DNA of 38,607 nt from an uncultured Candidatus Saccharibacteria bacterium (GTDB lineage: Bacteria > Patescibacteriota > Minisyncoccia > Minisyncoccales > PEYH01). Below are positions 16,758 to 26,004 of the stretch, piece by piece. The stretch spans positions 1-38,607 of the forward strand of contig CAZLVZ010000001.1 of NCBI GenBank assembly GCA_964563465.1. The letters run 5' to 3'. The translations under genes and the position numbers were made by a program. Position 1 is the first letter of the stretch, and the number at the start of each line of letters is the position of its first letter. The notes under the pieces were generated by a model. The model did not search any database, had not been told where the DNA came from, and saw only the letters and a list, made by a program, of their open reading frames with translations.

Positions 16758-18047
16758 TTATTGCTTATTCTCTAAGTTCATTTTTTTCATTTCTTGTTTA
16801 ACGATTTTTCTATCGTCCCATGGAATTTTTTTACCATTGGCAACGCACATCCACGGTTCACTTCCTTTTCCCGTGATAATTACGGTGTCACCTCTCCCTG
16901 CCATGCTTAAGGCCTTTTTTATTGCTCCTTTTCTATTAAAAATTAATTGATAGTGCTTACTCGGTGATTCATATTCTAAAATACCCTCTTCTATATCTTT
17001 CAATATATCTTGAGGTCTCTCGTCGTAAGGGTCTTCATTTGTCAATATAATCTGACTACAATAATTAGCTGCTATTTTACCAAATTCTGGCCTTTTCCAC
17101 TTATCTCTTCCTCCTCCACAAGAACCAAGCACACAGATTAGTCTATCTCCAGCAATAGTTTTGTAAACATTTTCTAATGCATCGGGAGTATGGGCATAAT
17201 CAACATAGACTTTAAATGGTTTTTCTATAACCAATTCCATCCTCCCAGACACGCCACTTACTTTTTCTATTGCTTGTTTAATTTTTTCAAGAGAAATTCC
17301 TTGGGATAAGCCAACAGAAATCGCAGCCAATGCGTTATAAACATTAAATTCTCCTAAAAGCATTAAATGAAACTCTGTATCCTCTATATTAAAACTAATT
17401 CCATCCTTCATTGCCCTGACATCAATAGCCCTAACAATCTTTTGTGTTTTAATCTTGAATTGTTTTTCTTTAATTCCATATATCCACTTTTCTTTTGCTG
17501 AAAATTTCAAAAAATAATCTGCATTTTTATCGTCAAGATTTATTATTGAACGATTAAGTCCTCTGTTTTTAAATAATTTTCCTTTAGCCCGGCGGTAATT
17601 TCCAAAACCATTATGTGCTTCAATGTGTTCTCTGGTTAAATTAGTCAAAACTGCTGTATCAAAATTAATAAATTTATGTCGGAATTGTTTGATTCCTTCC
17701 GAAGTAATCTCTATAACAGCATATTGACATTTTTTGTTTACGGCTTGTCTCAAAAATTTTTGGAGCGCCAAACGACCCGGCATTGTCATTTTTAATCTAT
17801 TCTGCCATTTATTTTTCCCAATTTGAAAACGAATAGAAGAAATAGATGCTACTTTAAAATTTGCCTGCTCTAAAACATTGGTTATTAATTCAACCACCGT
17901 AGATTTTCCATTTGTGCCAGTTACTCCAATGACAATTATTTTTTTTGATGGAAAACGATACAAAAAAGCCCCCAATAAAGGAAAAAAATAATAATACCAT
18001 TTCAAAAAAAAGTTCGGGCTAATTTTTTTTAAAATCTTTTTAATCAT
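16758..18047 (-). CDS. murE: Mur ligase, MurE-like (UDP-MurNAc-tripeptide synthetase) with shortened hydrophobic N-terminus
   Basis: P-loop GVTGTNGKSTV, DYAHTPDALENV, GSCGGGRDKWKRP, and C-terminal TGKGSE...PWDDRKIV, all MurE-type signatures. Confidence 0.7.
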   Translation of the reverse strand: MIKKILKKISPNFFLKWYYYFFPLLGAFLYRFPSKKIIVIGVTGTNGKSTVVELITNVLEQANFKVASISSIRFQIGKNKWQNRLKMTMPGRLALQKFLRQAVNKKCQYAVIEITSEGIKQFRHKFINFDTAVLTNLTREHIEAHNGFGNYRRAKGKLFKNRGLNRSIINLDDKNADYFLKFSAKEKWIYGIKEKQFKIKTQKIVRAIDVRAMKDGISFNIEDTEFHLMLLGEFNVYNALAAISVGLSQGISLEKIKQAIEKVSGVSGRMELVIEKPFKVYVDYAHTPDALENVYKTIAGDRLICVLGSCGGGRDKWKRPEFGKIAANYCSQIILTNEDPYDERPQDILKDIEEGILEYESPSKHYQLIFNRKGAIKKALSMAGRGDTVIITGKGSEPWMCVANGKKIPWDDRKIVKQEMKKMNLENKQ

Positions 18048-18609
18048 TTTTGCCAGCTATCTGAAGCGCTTTTTGAATTCTTTTTTCTGGTTCTTTAATA
18101 TCCTCGGGTACTTTCTCTAACATCATTTTTGCCTCTGTAATAGAAAATCCTAAATTAGTTAAGCCCTTTTGGGCTTGATCTTGCTCTATGGTAAATTTCT
18201 CCTTGGTAAGTCCTTTTAAGCTGCCACTTAATTCTAAGATTATCTTCTGAATCTTTTTTCTCCCGATGCCTTTAATCTTAGAAAAATATTGAAAATCGTG
18301 TTTCTCTACTGCCTTTTTTAACTTATCGATTGAACCCAATGAAGCAACCAATAGTGCTCCTTTTGGTCCAATCCCAGAAATTTTTTCTATAATTTCAAAA
18401 ATTTCTAATTCTTCTTGACTCAAAAAACCATAAAGCTCCACTTGTTCTTTCCTTATACAAAAATGAGTGAAAAATTCTTTTTCTTCATCCTCTCTGATTT
18501 CTTTCAATGTCTTTTGGGAAACAAAAATTTTATATCCAATTCCCTGTCGCTCTATAATCAAAAATTTCTCCTTTTTGATTAAAATTTTTCCTTTAATATA
18601 TGAAATCAT
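18040..18609 (-). CDS. ruvA: Holliday junction DNA helicase subunit RuvA
   Basis: MISYIKGKILIKKEKFLIIERQGIGYKIFVS plus HhH GIGPKGAL and GIGRKKIQKIILEL. Confidence 0.9.
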   Translation of the reverse strand: MISYIKGKILIKKEKFLIIERQGIGYKIFVSQKTLKEIREDEEKEFFTHFCIRKEQVELYGFLSQEELEIFEIIEKISGIGPKGALLVASLGSIDKLKKAVEKHDFQYFSKIKGIGRKKIQKIILELSGSLKGLTKEKFTIEQDQAQKGLTNLGFSITEAKMMLEKVPEDIKEPEKRIQKALQIAGKND

Positions 18610-19226
18610 TGATTATTCTTTTTTATTTCTTCTTTGAAAAAAATTTTAACTTCTTCCCATCTTATTGGAATTAACATTTTCGGCATCGGCTCTTTTTCTG
18701 CGTCTTGGAAATAAGATAAACTTTTTAAAATATGTACCATATTATAATTAATGCTTTGATATTTTTTCTTAAATAATATTAAAGTTTCTTTTAACGAAAT
18801 GGCTTGCTGACAGATAAAAAATAAATCAACAAAATCCTTTTTACTGCCACGGGAAGAAATTGCAGAGATTTTCATGCAAGCAATGTCTTTTATGTCGGCA
18901 ACTCTTAAATTGTTAATTTTCTTAAATGGAAAAAGGGATGGATAGTCATATGTTAAAAAAGTTATTTTTGTGTTGTTAAATATACCAGTTAATGTATTCT
19001 CGGCTTCTTTCTCTAAAGAAAATTTGCCGATTCTCTTTATTCTCTGAAGTAATATTTGATTGTCAAATTTTTTTTGATTAAAAAAATCTAAATCAATAGA
19101 AACACGATGTTTCAGTTGTAATGCTAATCCTGTCCCACCGGCGAGATAGAAGCCATCAAATAAACCCTCTTTTTTTAATACTTCCAAATCCTGTTTTGTT
19201 TTTTCTGAAATAATTTTTTCAAGCAT
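18606..19226 (-). CDS. AbiEii/AbiGii-family (DUF1814) nucleotidyltransferase, toxin-like
   Basis: FYLAGGTGLALQLKHRVSIDLDFF and SRGSKKDFVDLFF match the short AbiEii pattern. Its stop overlaps the ruvA ATG (ATGA). Confidence 0.75.
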   Translation of the reverse strand: MLEKIISEKTKQDLEVLKKEGLFDGFYLAGGTGLALQLKHRVSIDLDFFNQKKFDNQILLQRIKRIGKFSLEKEAENTLTGIFNNTKITFLTYDYPSLFPFKKINNLRVADIKDIACMKISAISSRGSKKDFVDLFFICQQAISLKETLILFKKKYQSINYNMVHILKSLSYFQDAEKEPMPKMLIPIRWEEVKIFFKEEIKKNNQ

Positions 19227-19477
19227 AAAATTTTGTTTTTATTTAAATTATAAATAATTCCCCAAAAATTAGCTGATTTTGGAGAAAGATTTTTAGACAT
19301 TAAAACTCTTTTTTTTATTTCTTCTAAAGAAAAATTATTTTCCATCCACTGAACTTCTTTTTTGTCTCCGTATTCCAAAATTCTCTCAATAATAAATTGA
19401 GAATATTTCTCTTTGCTTAATTCTAAAAAATCAACATCCCAAAAATATTTTTCCAAAAATTGAGGAATTTTTTTCAT
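19175..19477 (-). CDS. Small conserved partner protein of the AbiEii-like NTase (putative antitoxin)
   Basis: FWDVDFLELSKEKYSQFIIERILEYGDKKEVQWMENNFSLEEIKKRVLMSKNLSPKSANFW is a motif I recall from small proteins preceding short AbiEii genes. ATG 19477 is preferred because a TTGAAA-17-TAAAAT promoter lies inside the TTG-extended track ORF. Overlaps the NTase by 52 nt. Confidence 0.5.
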   Translation of the reverse strand: MKKIPQFLEKYFWDVDFLELSKEKYSQFIIERILEYGDKKEVQWMENNFSLEEIKKRVLMSKNLSPKSANFWGIIYNLNKNKILCLKKLFQKKQNRIWKY

Positions 19478-19566
19478 TAATTTGTTTAATGCTTCTATTT
19501 TACCTTGTTTTGTCTGGTTTTTCAACTTCTCTGATAAGCCACATTGAATCAAACTATATAAAAAGC

Positions 19567-19595
19567 TTGAAAAAAAATAAAAGATGTGATATCTT
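19567..19595 (+). promoter_or_regulatory. rpsT promoter (leaderless layout)
   Basis: TTGAAA, 17 nt, TGA-TATCTT, 9 nt, ATG 19605. Confidence 0.5.
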
Positions 19596-19604
19596 AATTC
19601 TATT

Positions 19605-19859
19605 ATGCCAATATCAAAATCAGGAAAAAAATCATTACGAAAAGAGCTTAAAAGAACGGCCTATAATCGCAAAAAGAAATTGGAAATAAAAAATCTAAAA
19701 AAACAGATTCTTTCTTTTGTTAAACAAGAAAAAATAAAAGAGGCAAGAGAAATGCTTCCTAAATATTATAAGACGATAGATAAGGCCACAAAAGTGGGAA
19801 TAATCAAAAAGAATACTGCAAATAGGAGAAAGGCGAACATTGCAAAACTACTTAAATAA
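19605..19859 (+). CDS. rpsT: 30S ribosomal protein bS20
   Basis: 84 aa, MPISKSGKKSLRKELKRTAYNRKKK...KTIDKATKVGIIKKNTANRRKA is typical bS20. Confidence 0.9.
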   Translation: MPISKSGKKSLRKELKRTAYNRKKKLEIKNLKKQILSFVKQEKIKEAREMLPKYYKTIDKATKVGIIKKNTANRRKANIAKLLK

Positions 19860-19864
19860 AAAAA

Positions 19865-20803
19865 TTATATATCGGCAATTAATAACTCCAGAGCCATCTC
19901 TGGTTTTATTTTTCCCGTTTTCATTGCTAAGTCAATTTGAAAAATCTTCAAATAAATTTTTTCTAACTGTTTTAACTTGAATTTCTTTGCCATATAATAG
20001 CTTTTCCTAACTACAAAGGGATGCATTGGCTTCAATGCAGTCGTAATCTCTGTAATGGACTTCTCTCCGAGTTCTTTTACTATTAAAAGGTTGCGAAACT
20101 GAAAAATTATCATTTTCAAAAGATAAAAAGGTGAATCACCTTTTTCTATGTGCTTATAGAGTAATGACAATGCAGTTTTTTTGTCTTTGTTTGCAATAGC
20201 ATCAATAGTATTAAAAATAGCAGCTTCTATTTTTGGCTTAACTAATAGCTCTACATCTTCTTTCTCTATAATCTTATTCTTTTGTTTATATGCGACGAGC
20301 TTTCTAATCTCTGCTGACATTCTCCACAAATCAGAACCCACAAAGCTTATTAAAAGAGATAATGCTACGGGATTAATTTTTGCCTTCAATTCATGAAATT
20401 CATTTTGTGTCCAAGTTTTTAGCTTAGCTCCAGTTAAAAAATCAAACTTATAAAACTTACCATTTCTTTGAAAAAAATCTAATAATTCTTTAGTTGAAAA
20501 AGTTTCTTTATCTTCATAGAACACAACGAGATTTTTTGTGTTATCAGAAAAATTCTCACGGTCTTTCAAAAAATGTTCTTTGAAATTGTTGTCTGAAAAA
20601 GCATTTCTCTGGGCGATAATTTTGTTTTCATTAAAAATGGAATTATGCTTTAATTCATTCTTGAAATCTTCATAAGCCAATCGTTGAAAATCAAGAAAAT
20701 CCAAGGACAATTTAACACTGTTCTTCTCTTTAAAATCTTCAATAATTTCTTTAAATTTCTGCCAACCTCTGTATGCGTCTTTGCCAAAAATTAAAATAAA
20801 CAT
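19865..20803 (-). CDS. holA: DNA polymerase III delta subunit
   Basis: 312 aa with delta-like layout: N-terminal ILIFGKDAY, C-terminal ALSLLYKHIEKGDSPFYLLKMIIFQFRNLLIVKE. Confidence 0.65.
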   Translation of the reverse strand: MFILIFGKDAYRGWQKFKEIIEDFKEKNSVKLSLDFLDFQRLAYEDFKNELKHNSIFNENKIIAQRNAFSDNNFKEHFLKDRENFSDNTKNLVVFYEDKETFSTKELLDFFQRNGKFYKFDFLTGAKLKTWTQNEFHELKAKINPVALSLLISFVGSDLWRMSAEIRKLVAYKQKNKIIEKEDVELLVKPKIEAAIFNTIDAIANKDKKTALSLLYKHIEKGDSPFYLLKMIIFQFRNLLIVKELGEKSITEITTALKPMHPFVVRKSYYMAKKFKLKQLEKIYLKIFQIDLAMKTGKIKPEMALELLIADI

Positions 20804-20864
20804 ATGGGTATAAAGAAAAGTCCCTCCTAAGGACTTTCTTTAGCTATGATTTGCTGATTATAGA

Positions 20865-21269
20865 TTAAATAGTCGCTTCTTGTCCCGTTGAAGCTGTTTT
20901 GTCTCCTAATACTATTTTAATCTTGCTCACTATCTCCTCCGGTGTAAAATGGGCTTTGACTAAAAAATCAACTGCTCCCAATTTTAGTCCTTTTTCAATT
21001 TCGTCTTTTTGACCAAGATTTGAAAGAATAAGGACTGGAATAGCGCTAGTACTTGGATTGTCTTTCATCCTTTCTAAAACTTCAAACCCATCAAGTCCTG
21101 GAAGAATTAAGTCAAGTAAGACTAAGTCTGGCTTAACTTCTTGTAACTTTTTTAAACCCTCTTCCCCGTCAATAGCTTGATCTATTTTAAACTTTTCATT
21201 AATAAGTTTCCGAGAGATTAACTCTCGTAAAAATTTATCGTCTTCTATAATAAGAATATTCTCTTCCAT
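20865..21269 (-). CDS. Receiver-only (CheY-like) response regulator
   Basis: ILIIEDD...DLVLLDLILPGLDG...LSNLG...FLVK. No output domain. Confidence 0.85.
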   Translation of the reverse strand: MEENILIIEDDKFLRELISRKLINEKFKIDQAIDGEEGLKKLQEVKPDLVLLDLILPGLDGFEVLERMKDNPSTSAIPVLILSNLGQKDEIEKGLKLGAVDFLVKAHFTPEEIVSKIKIVLGDKTASTGQEATI

Positions 21270-21289
21270 AATTTTGGTTTTAATAATTT

Positions 21290-21703
21290 TTATTTAATAG
21301 TTTGTTTAATACTTTGTTTATTGGATTCTCCACTATCCCCGATTTGAACCACTACCTTTTCGACTACTTCTCGAGGATCAAACTCTGTCTTAATAAGCCA
21401 ATCGCTTATTCCTAATTTTTTTGCCTTCTCTATTTCCACCGGTTGACCAGAATTAGAAATAATGATTACGGGAATGTTTTTTATAGAATCATCGTCCTGT
21501 CTCTTCTCTAATAATTCAAAACCACTCATTCCTGGTATTATTAAATCTAATAAAATCAAATCTGGAACTATTTCTTTAATGGCTTCAAACCCAACTTTTC
21601 CGTCCATGGTAGTGTGCACTTCGTAACCCAATTCAGAAAGTTTATTTTTTAAAAGATTTAAAAGAATTTCTTCATCCTCTATTATTAAAATTTTTTTAGC
21701 CAT
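21290..21703 (-). CDS. Receiver-only (CheY-like) response regulator
   Basis: ILIIEDEE...DLILLDLIIPGMSG...ISNSG...WLIK. Paralogue of the downstream gene. Confidence 0.85.
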   Translation of the reverse strand: MAKKILIIEDEEILLNLLKNKLSELGYEVHTTMDGKVGFEAIKEIVPDLILLDLIIPGMSGFELLEKRQDDDSIKNIPVIIISNSGQPVEIEKAKKLGISDWLIKTEFDPREVVEKVVVQIGDSGESNKQSIKQTIK

Positions 21704-21792
21704 ATCCTTAGTGTTGATTATTGATTATTAATCCAAAATTAAAAAATATTTCTTCACGACTTTAATTTCAAGGTTATGCGAAGCATGTTCTT

Positions 21793-21832
21793 ATTTTACT
21801 CCCTCAACTAATACGATGTCAAATTGTTGACA
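21793..21832 (-). promoter_or_regulatory. Candidate internal promoter for the two receiver genes, with palindrome
   Basis: - strand TTGACA (21822-21817), 18 nt, TAAAAT (21798-21793). The inverted repeat ATGTCAA-ATTG-TTGACAT (21816-21833) includes the -35. Confidence 0.45.
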
Positions 21833-21851
21833 TGTCTGTTTATCAATTTTT

Positions 21852-23444
21852 TCAATCAATAGCGGGTAAAGAAAAGGAAAAGGTTGTTCCTTTTTTCTCT
21901 TCTGATTCAAACCAAACTTTGCCTTTGTGAGCTTCAACGATATTTTTAACGATAAATAACCCCAAGCCAGTCCCTTCTGTTTCTGTTCTCACTGCATTGT
22001 CTGCTCTAAAAAATTTAGAAAAAACTCTATTAATCTGATCTTTAGGAATGCCAATCCCGGTGTCTTTAACTGAAAATTCTACTTGATCGTCTTTTCTTTT
22101 TAAAGATATTGTCACCGACCCACCAGAATTAGTATAGGATATGGCGTTCTCTACGAGGTTCTTTATAGATAATGCTAATTTCTCTGTATCTCCTTTAATA
22201 ATCTTTGATGCTTTGCTTTTTGCTACATTAACCTTAAGATTAATTTTCTTTTTATCAGCAAGCATTTGAAGAGGCTCTATAACTGTCTGTAGTAATTCCG
22301 TAAAATCTACCGTCTTTGGACGATAAATAAATCGTCCTTCTTCAATTCTTGCGACATTGAGCAAGTCATTAATAAGTCGAATCATTCTTTCGTTTGTCTC
22401 ATTTGTTTTTACAAGAATCTCTTTTTGTTCGGGAATCAATGGTCCCAATTCTCCCTCAATTAACATAGATAAAGACCATTTTATAATAGACAAGGGCGTT
22501 CTTAATTGATGAGCGGCAACCGAAACAAATTGGCTCTTCAATCTTTCTATAACTTTCTCTCTGGTAATATCGTGCAAGATAATCAACACATCCGTCTTTT
22601 CTCCTTTAACGATAGAATCAATCTGCTGAACTGTCGCCTCTATAGTCAACTCTTCTGAAAGTTTCATTTCTTCACGAAGTGTTTTTTCACCTTTTTTTTT
22701 GATAATTTTAATCAAGTCTTTTGTCCGCGGATATTTCTCAAATTCTGCTATTGATTTATTAAGAATTTTTTCTCTCTTTATATCTAAAAATCCTTCTGCT
22801 TTCGGATTTATTGATTTTAATATTTTCTGCGAATTAAAAATTAAAAGTCCGTCAAGAAAATTATTCAAAATAATTTGAGTCCTGCTCCTTTCTTCTTCAA
22901 TCTGCGTTTTAGTAGCTTCTGTGTCTTCCAATATATTTAAAAGCGCTCTTCTGGAAAGTTTTAATTCTTTGGTTCTATCTCTAATTTTTTTCTCTGTTTC
23001 TATTTGAACTTTTTCCAATAAACTAACATCCGTAATGCTTACGAAATATCCTATTAATAAACGATTTTCTTGATCTTTTTTAACAGACAAAGAAATATCA
23101 ACTGGTATTCTCTTTTTCTTTGCAGATAAAAAAAATAATTTTTGATTCTTAATAATTCCTTCTTTCTTGGTTAAAGATAGCAACTCGGCAATTCGGGTCT
23201 TCTCTAAAAACATACTATCTAATCGCTTTCCAATAATGTCAATTGCATTAAAACCACTAAAGGTTTCAAAGGATTTATTCACGCTAACAATTACGCCCAT
23301 TGGGCTAATGTCACAAATCGGCAGGGGTAAAAAAAACAAAAGACTATCCAAATAAGAAGATATGTCGTCTAAATCTTTTTGAACCTTTTGAATGTCTGTT
23401 CTCGTCTTCAATTTTTCTTCTTCTTTACTCTTAACAAGAGTCAT
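21852..23444 (-). CDS. Soluble PAS-domain sensor histidine kinase
   Basis: No clear TM. Two PAS-like regions, H-box AAHQLRTPLSII, HATPase_c with ENAISYT, DTGIGI, GTGLGLFIVK. Confidence 0.85.
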   Translation of the reverse strand: MTLVKSKEEEKLKTRTDIQKVQKDLDDISSYLDSLLFFLPLPICDISPMGVIVSVNKSFETFSGFNAIDIIGKRLDSMFLEKTRIAELLSLTKKEGIIKNQKLFFLSAKKKRIPVDISLSVKKDQENRLLIGYFVSITDVSLLEKVQIETEKKIRDRTKELKLSRRALLNILEDTEATKTQIEEERSRTQIILNNFLDGLLIFNSQKILKSINPKAEGFLDIKREKILNKSIAEFEKYPRTKDLIKIIKKKGEKTLREEMKLSEELTIEATVQQIDSIVKGEKTDVLIILHDITREKVIERLKSQFVSVAAHQLRTPLSIIKWSLSMLIEGELGPLIPEQKEILVKTNETNERMIRLINDLLNVARIEEGRFIYRPKTVDFTELLQTVIEPLQMLADKKKINLKVNVAKSKASKIIKGDTEKLALSIKNLVENAISYTNSGGSVTISLKRKDDQVEFSVKDTGIGIPKDQINRVFSKFFRADNAVRTETEGTGLGLFIVKNIVEAHKGKVWFESEEKKGTTFSFSLPAID

Positions 23445-23483
23445 ATAGCTATTATTGGCTGAATTAGATATTATATCACACTC

Positions 23484-24410
23484 TTAAAAATCCCCTAATT
23501 TTATTTTTTTAGTAGCTGGCAGTCGCTTTATCAAGCTATAGAAACCAAGTCCTTGGAAAAGAGCTATTAATTCGCTCCTATCAAACTCTTTATTGCGACA
23601 ATTTTCCAAGTCAAAATCAATCTTTACCTCAATGTCTATTTTAGCCAATTTTTTGGAAAAAAATGCTTGATCTTTAGATTTTTTAAGTTTCTCTTGCGTA
23701 CGGTCTGGTATTAGTGGCGCGTTATTATCTTCAATAGCTAAATATATATCCTCTATCGTTTCGTATTCTTCTAATAATTCAATCGTTGTTTTTTCTCCTA
23801 TACCGGGAACTCCGGGAATATTATCTGACGCATCTCCCCTTAAACCCCTAAAATCAACAAGCTGTTTTGGTCTTAATCCTTCGTATCTTTCCATGACTGA
23901 CGCCTTATCATATATAATGGTATCTTTAAGCCCTTTTCTTAATGTATAAACCTTAGTGTTGGCGTCAACAAGAGAGAGTGCGTCTAAGTCCCCTGTAATA
24001 ATAATTGTTTCAACTTTTGGCGAGACATTTTGACTCTGGACTAAGTGAGCAATAGTGCCAATGATATCGTCTGCCTCAAATCCTTGTTTTTCAAAAATAG
24101 GCACTCCAAGAACACGAAGAACATTTTTAATTATCGGCAGTTGAGCATAAAGCGTATCTGGCGCCTTTTTTCTCTTCCCTTTATATTCTTTGTAAATTTT
24201 ATCTCTAAAAGTTGGACCTCGTAAATCAAAAGTAGCAACGATATAATTCGGCTGTATTTCTTTAAGTGCTTTAAGGAAAACCAACAAAAAACCATAAACT
24301 GCATTCACCAATTCTCCTTTTGGTGAATACATTGGGGGAAGCGCGTGAAACCCTCTATGAACCAAGGCGTTCCCGTCAACAACCACTAATTTGTTATTAT
24401 TCTCTCTCAT
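23484..24410 (-). CDS. Stand-alone 5'-3' exonuclease / flap endonuclease (Pol I N-terminal domain type)
   Basis: LVVVDGNALVHRGFHALPPM..., EADDIIGT, TGDLDALSLV, GDASDNIPGVPGIGEKT. Confidence 0.85.
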   Translation of the reverse strand: MRENNNKLVVVDGNALVHRGFHALPPMYSPKGELVNAVYGFLLVFLKALKEIQPNYIVATFDLRGPTFRDKIYKEYKGKRKKAPDTLYAQLPIIKNVLRVLGVPIFEKQGFEADDIIGTIAHLVQSQNVSPKVETIIITGDLDALSLVDANTKVYTLRKGLKDTIIYDKASVMERYEGLRPKQLVDFRGLRGDASDNIPGVPGIGEKTTIELLEEYETIEDIYLAIEDNNAPLIPDRTQEKLKKSKDQAFFSKKLAKIDIEVKIDFDLENCRNKEFDRSELIALFQGLGFYSLIKRLPATKKIKLGDF

Positions 24411-24414
24411 AATA

Positions 24415-24864
24415 CTATTTTAACACAATTTCTCTTATTTTATTGTTAATAAATTCAAATTTTAAAATCATAGTTTTCTTAGGCAAAATCTTTTTAATTT
24501 TATTCGCCCACTCTATGACAATAATGTTCTCTGGATTAGAAACTATTTTTTTAAAATCTAAATTCAACATATCTTTTGCAGTTCTTGTTCTGTAACAATC
24601 AATGTGATAAAAAGTTTTGAATTTTCCTTTTGGGATTTTGAACTTTTTCAGAATAACAAAAGTCGGACTAAGAATTTTTTCTTTTATTTCTAACCCTTTG
24701 GCAAACCCTTGAACAAAAGCTGTTTTACCTCCACCCAAATCACCTTCAAGTCCAATTACAAGAGCTCCTTTGCCTAAGCTCTCAGACATCAAGAAATTTT
24801 GGGCTAATTTTTTTCCCAAATTTTGAGTTGCTTTAGGACTTTTAGTTTTCAACTTTTTAAACAT
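24415..24864 (-). CDS. tsaE: tRNA t6A37 biosynthesis ATPase TsaE
   Basis: GDLGGGKTAFVQGFAKGL...SPTFVI...YHIDCYR...IEW. Confidence 0.85.
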   Translation of the reverse strand: MFKKLKTKSPKATQNLGKKLAQNFLMSESLGKGALVIGLEGDLGGGKTAFVQGFAKGLEIKEKILSPTFVILKKFKIPKGKFKTFYHIDCYRTRTAKDMLNLDFKKIVSNPENIIVIEWANKIKKILPKKTMILKFEFINNKIREIVLK

Positions 24865-24892
24865 TGACTTTTATAAAGGAAAAAGCTAAAAA
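24864..24892 (+). promoter_or_regulatory. Candidate promoter of the DHH-like gene (leaderless layout)
   Basis: TTGACT (overlapping the tsaE start codon), 17 nt, TAAAAA, 8 nt, ATG 24901. The whole divergent spacer is only 36 bp. Confidence 0.4.
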
Positions 24893-24900
24893 GAAAAAAC

Positions 24901-25998
24901 ATGGAGGGATTATTTCAAGCTAAAAAACTTATTGATAATGCAGAAAGCGTTATGGTCCTTGCTCCTAAGCATCCAAGCGTTGATAGTTTAGCTTCTGCGC
25001 TTTCTCTTTCTTACAGTTTAAACAATCTTGGCAAAATTGTAAATTTTTTTCCGAAAAAAATCCCAAGTGCATATTCTCAAATCTTCCCAGACAAGCCTCT
25101 CCCAGAAAAATTTCTTATCTCTGTCAAAGGAAAAGAAATTTCCGAGCTATATTACGAAAAAGAGAATCAAATATTAAATATTTTTTTAAGTTCAAAAAAT
25201 GACAAGATTGAGAGAGAGGATATAAAATGTGTGGACCAGCAACAAGACAAGTTAAGAAAAAAAACAGACCTCTTAATAACAATAGGCGTAGAAAGGTTAG
25301 ATAAATTAGGTAATTTTTATGAAAAAAACTTTAAGCTTTTTTATCAAACTCCAATTCTGAATATTGACAATAAATCATTAAATAACAAATTCGGAAATAT
25401 TAATTTAGTTGTTGAAAATTTACCGATGTCTCTAATTTCCGCTAAAATTATTAATGCTTTCAATAAAAAATCTGATAAAAATATTAAAATGTGGCTTTTG
25501 TCCGGAATAATAGAATTTTCACAAAAAGAAAAAAACGGACAAAATTTCACAGAAGACATTTCCAGTTTAACTGATGCAAATCTAAATTATGGAAAAATAA
25601 TAGATTTCTTCACTCAAGATGAAGAAAAGAACCAAACAAGATTATTGGAAATAGTGCTGAAAAAAATAGAGTTCTGTAACAAAAAACAATTGCCCCTCGT
25701 TTATATAACTCAAGCAGATTTTGAAAATTCTAACACAACGCCAAAAGATTTGAGCTTTGTGCTAAAACAATTAATAAACAATTTCTTTCATTTTTCTTCT
25801 CTGATTATTTTATGGGAAAGCATATCTTCCTATAAAAACATAAGAGGAGTTTTTTATTCCTCTCACAATAATGAACTTACTGATGTTTCTAATTCTTTTA
25901 GGGGGATAAGAAAAAATAATGGTATAATATTTAATACAAAAGAACAAAATATAAATAATGTGAAGGAAAAATTATTAAAAACGATTCAATCTGTTTAA
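24901..25998 (+). CDS. NrnA/DHH-fold protein with degenerate catalytic motifs (probable pseudo-phosphoesterase)
   Basis: Motif positions are recognisable but changed: I LAPKHPSVDSLAS (for HxxxDxDxxGS), II LITIGVE (for xxxDxx), III NIDNK (for DHH), IV GIIEFS (for GDTG). No GGGH in the DHHA1 part. Confidence 0.45.
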   Translation: MEGLFQAKKLIDNAESVMVLAPKHPSVDSLASALSLSYSLNNLGKIVNFFPKKIPSAYSQIFPDKPLPEKFLISVKGKEISELYYEKENQILNIFLSSKNDKIEREDIKCVDQQQDKLRKKTDLLITIGVERLDKLGNFYEKNFKLFYQTPILNIDNKSLNNKFGNINLVVENLPMSLISAKIINAFNKKSDKNIKMWLLSGIIEFSQKEKNGQNFTEDISSLTDANLNYGKIIDFFTQDEEKNQTRLLEIVLKKIEFCNKKQLPLVYITQADFENSNTTPKDLSFVLKQLINNFFHFSSLIILWESISSYKNIRGVFYSSHNNELTDVSNSFRGIRKNNGIIFNTKEQNINNVKEKLLKTIQSV

Positions 25999-26004
25999 TT
26001 AATT

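Noticed and set aside
19489-19689. 66-aa + strand ORF overlapping the rpsT promoter and start
   Set aside because: Out of frame with the clearly recognisable bS20 gene and spans two divergent promoters.
20816-20842. Hairpin AAAGTCC-N7-GGACTTT between the receiver gene and holA as a terminator or RBS element
   Set aside because: Only a 7-bp AT-rich stem with a weak T tract. The AGGAGG in its loop is about 19 nt from the holA ATG, too far for an SD. Left uncalled.
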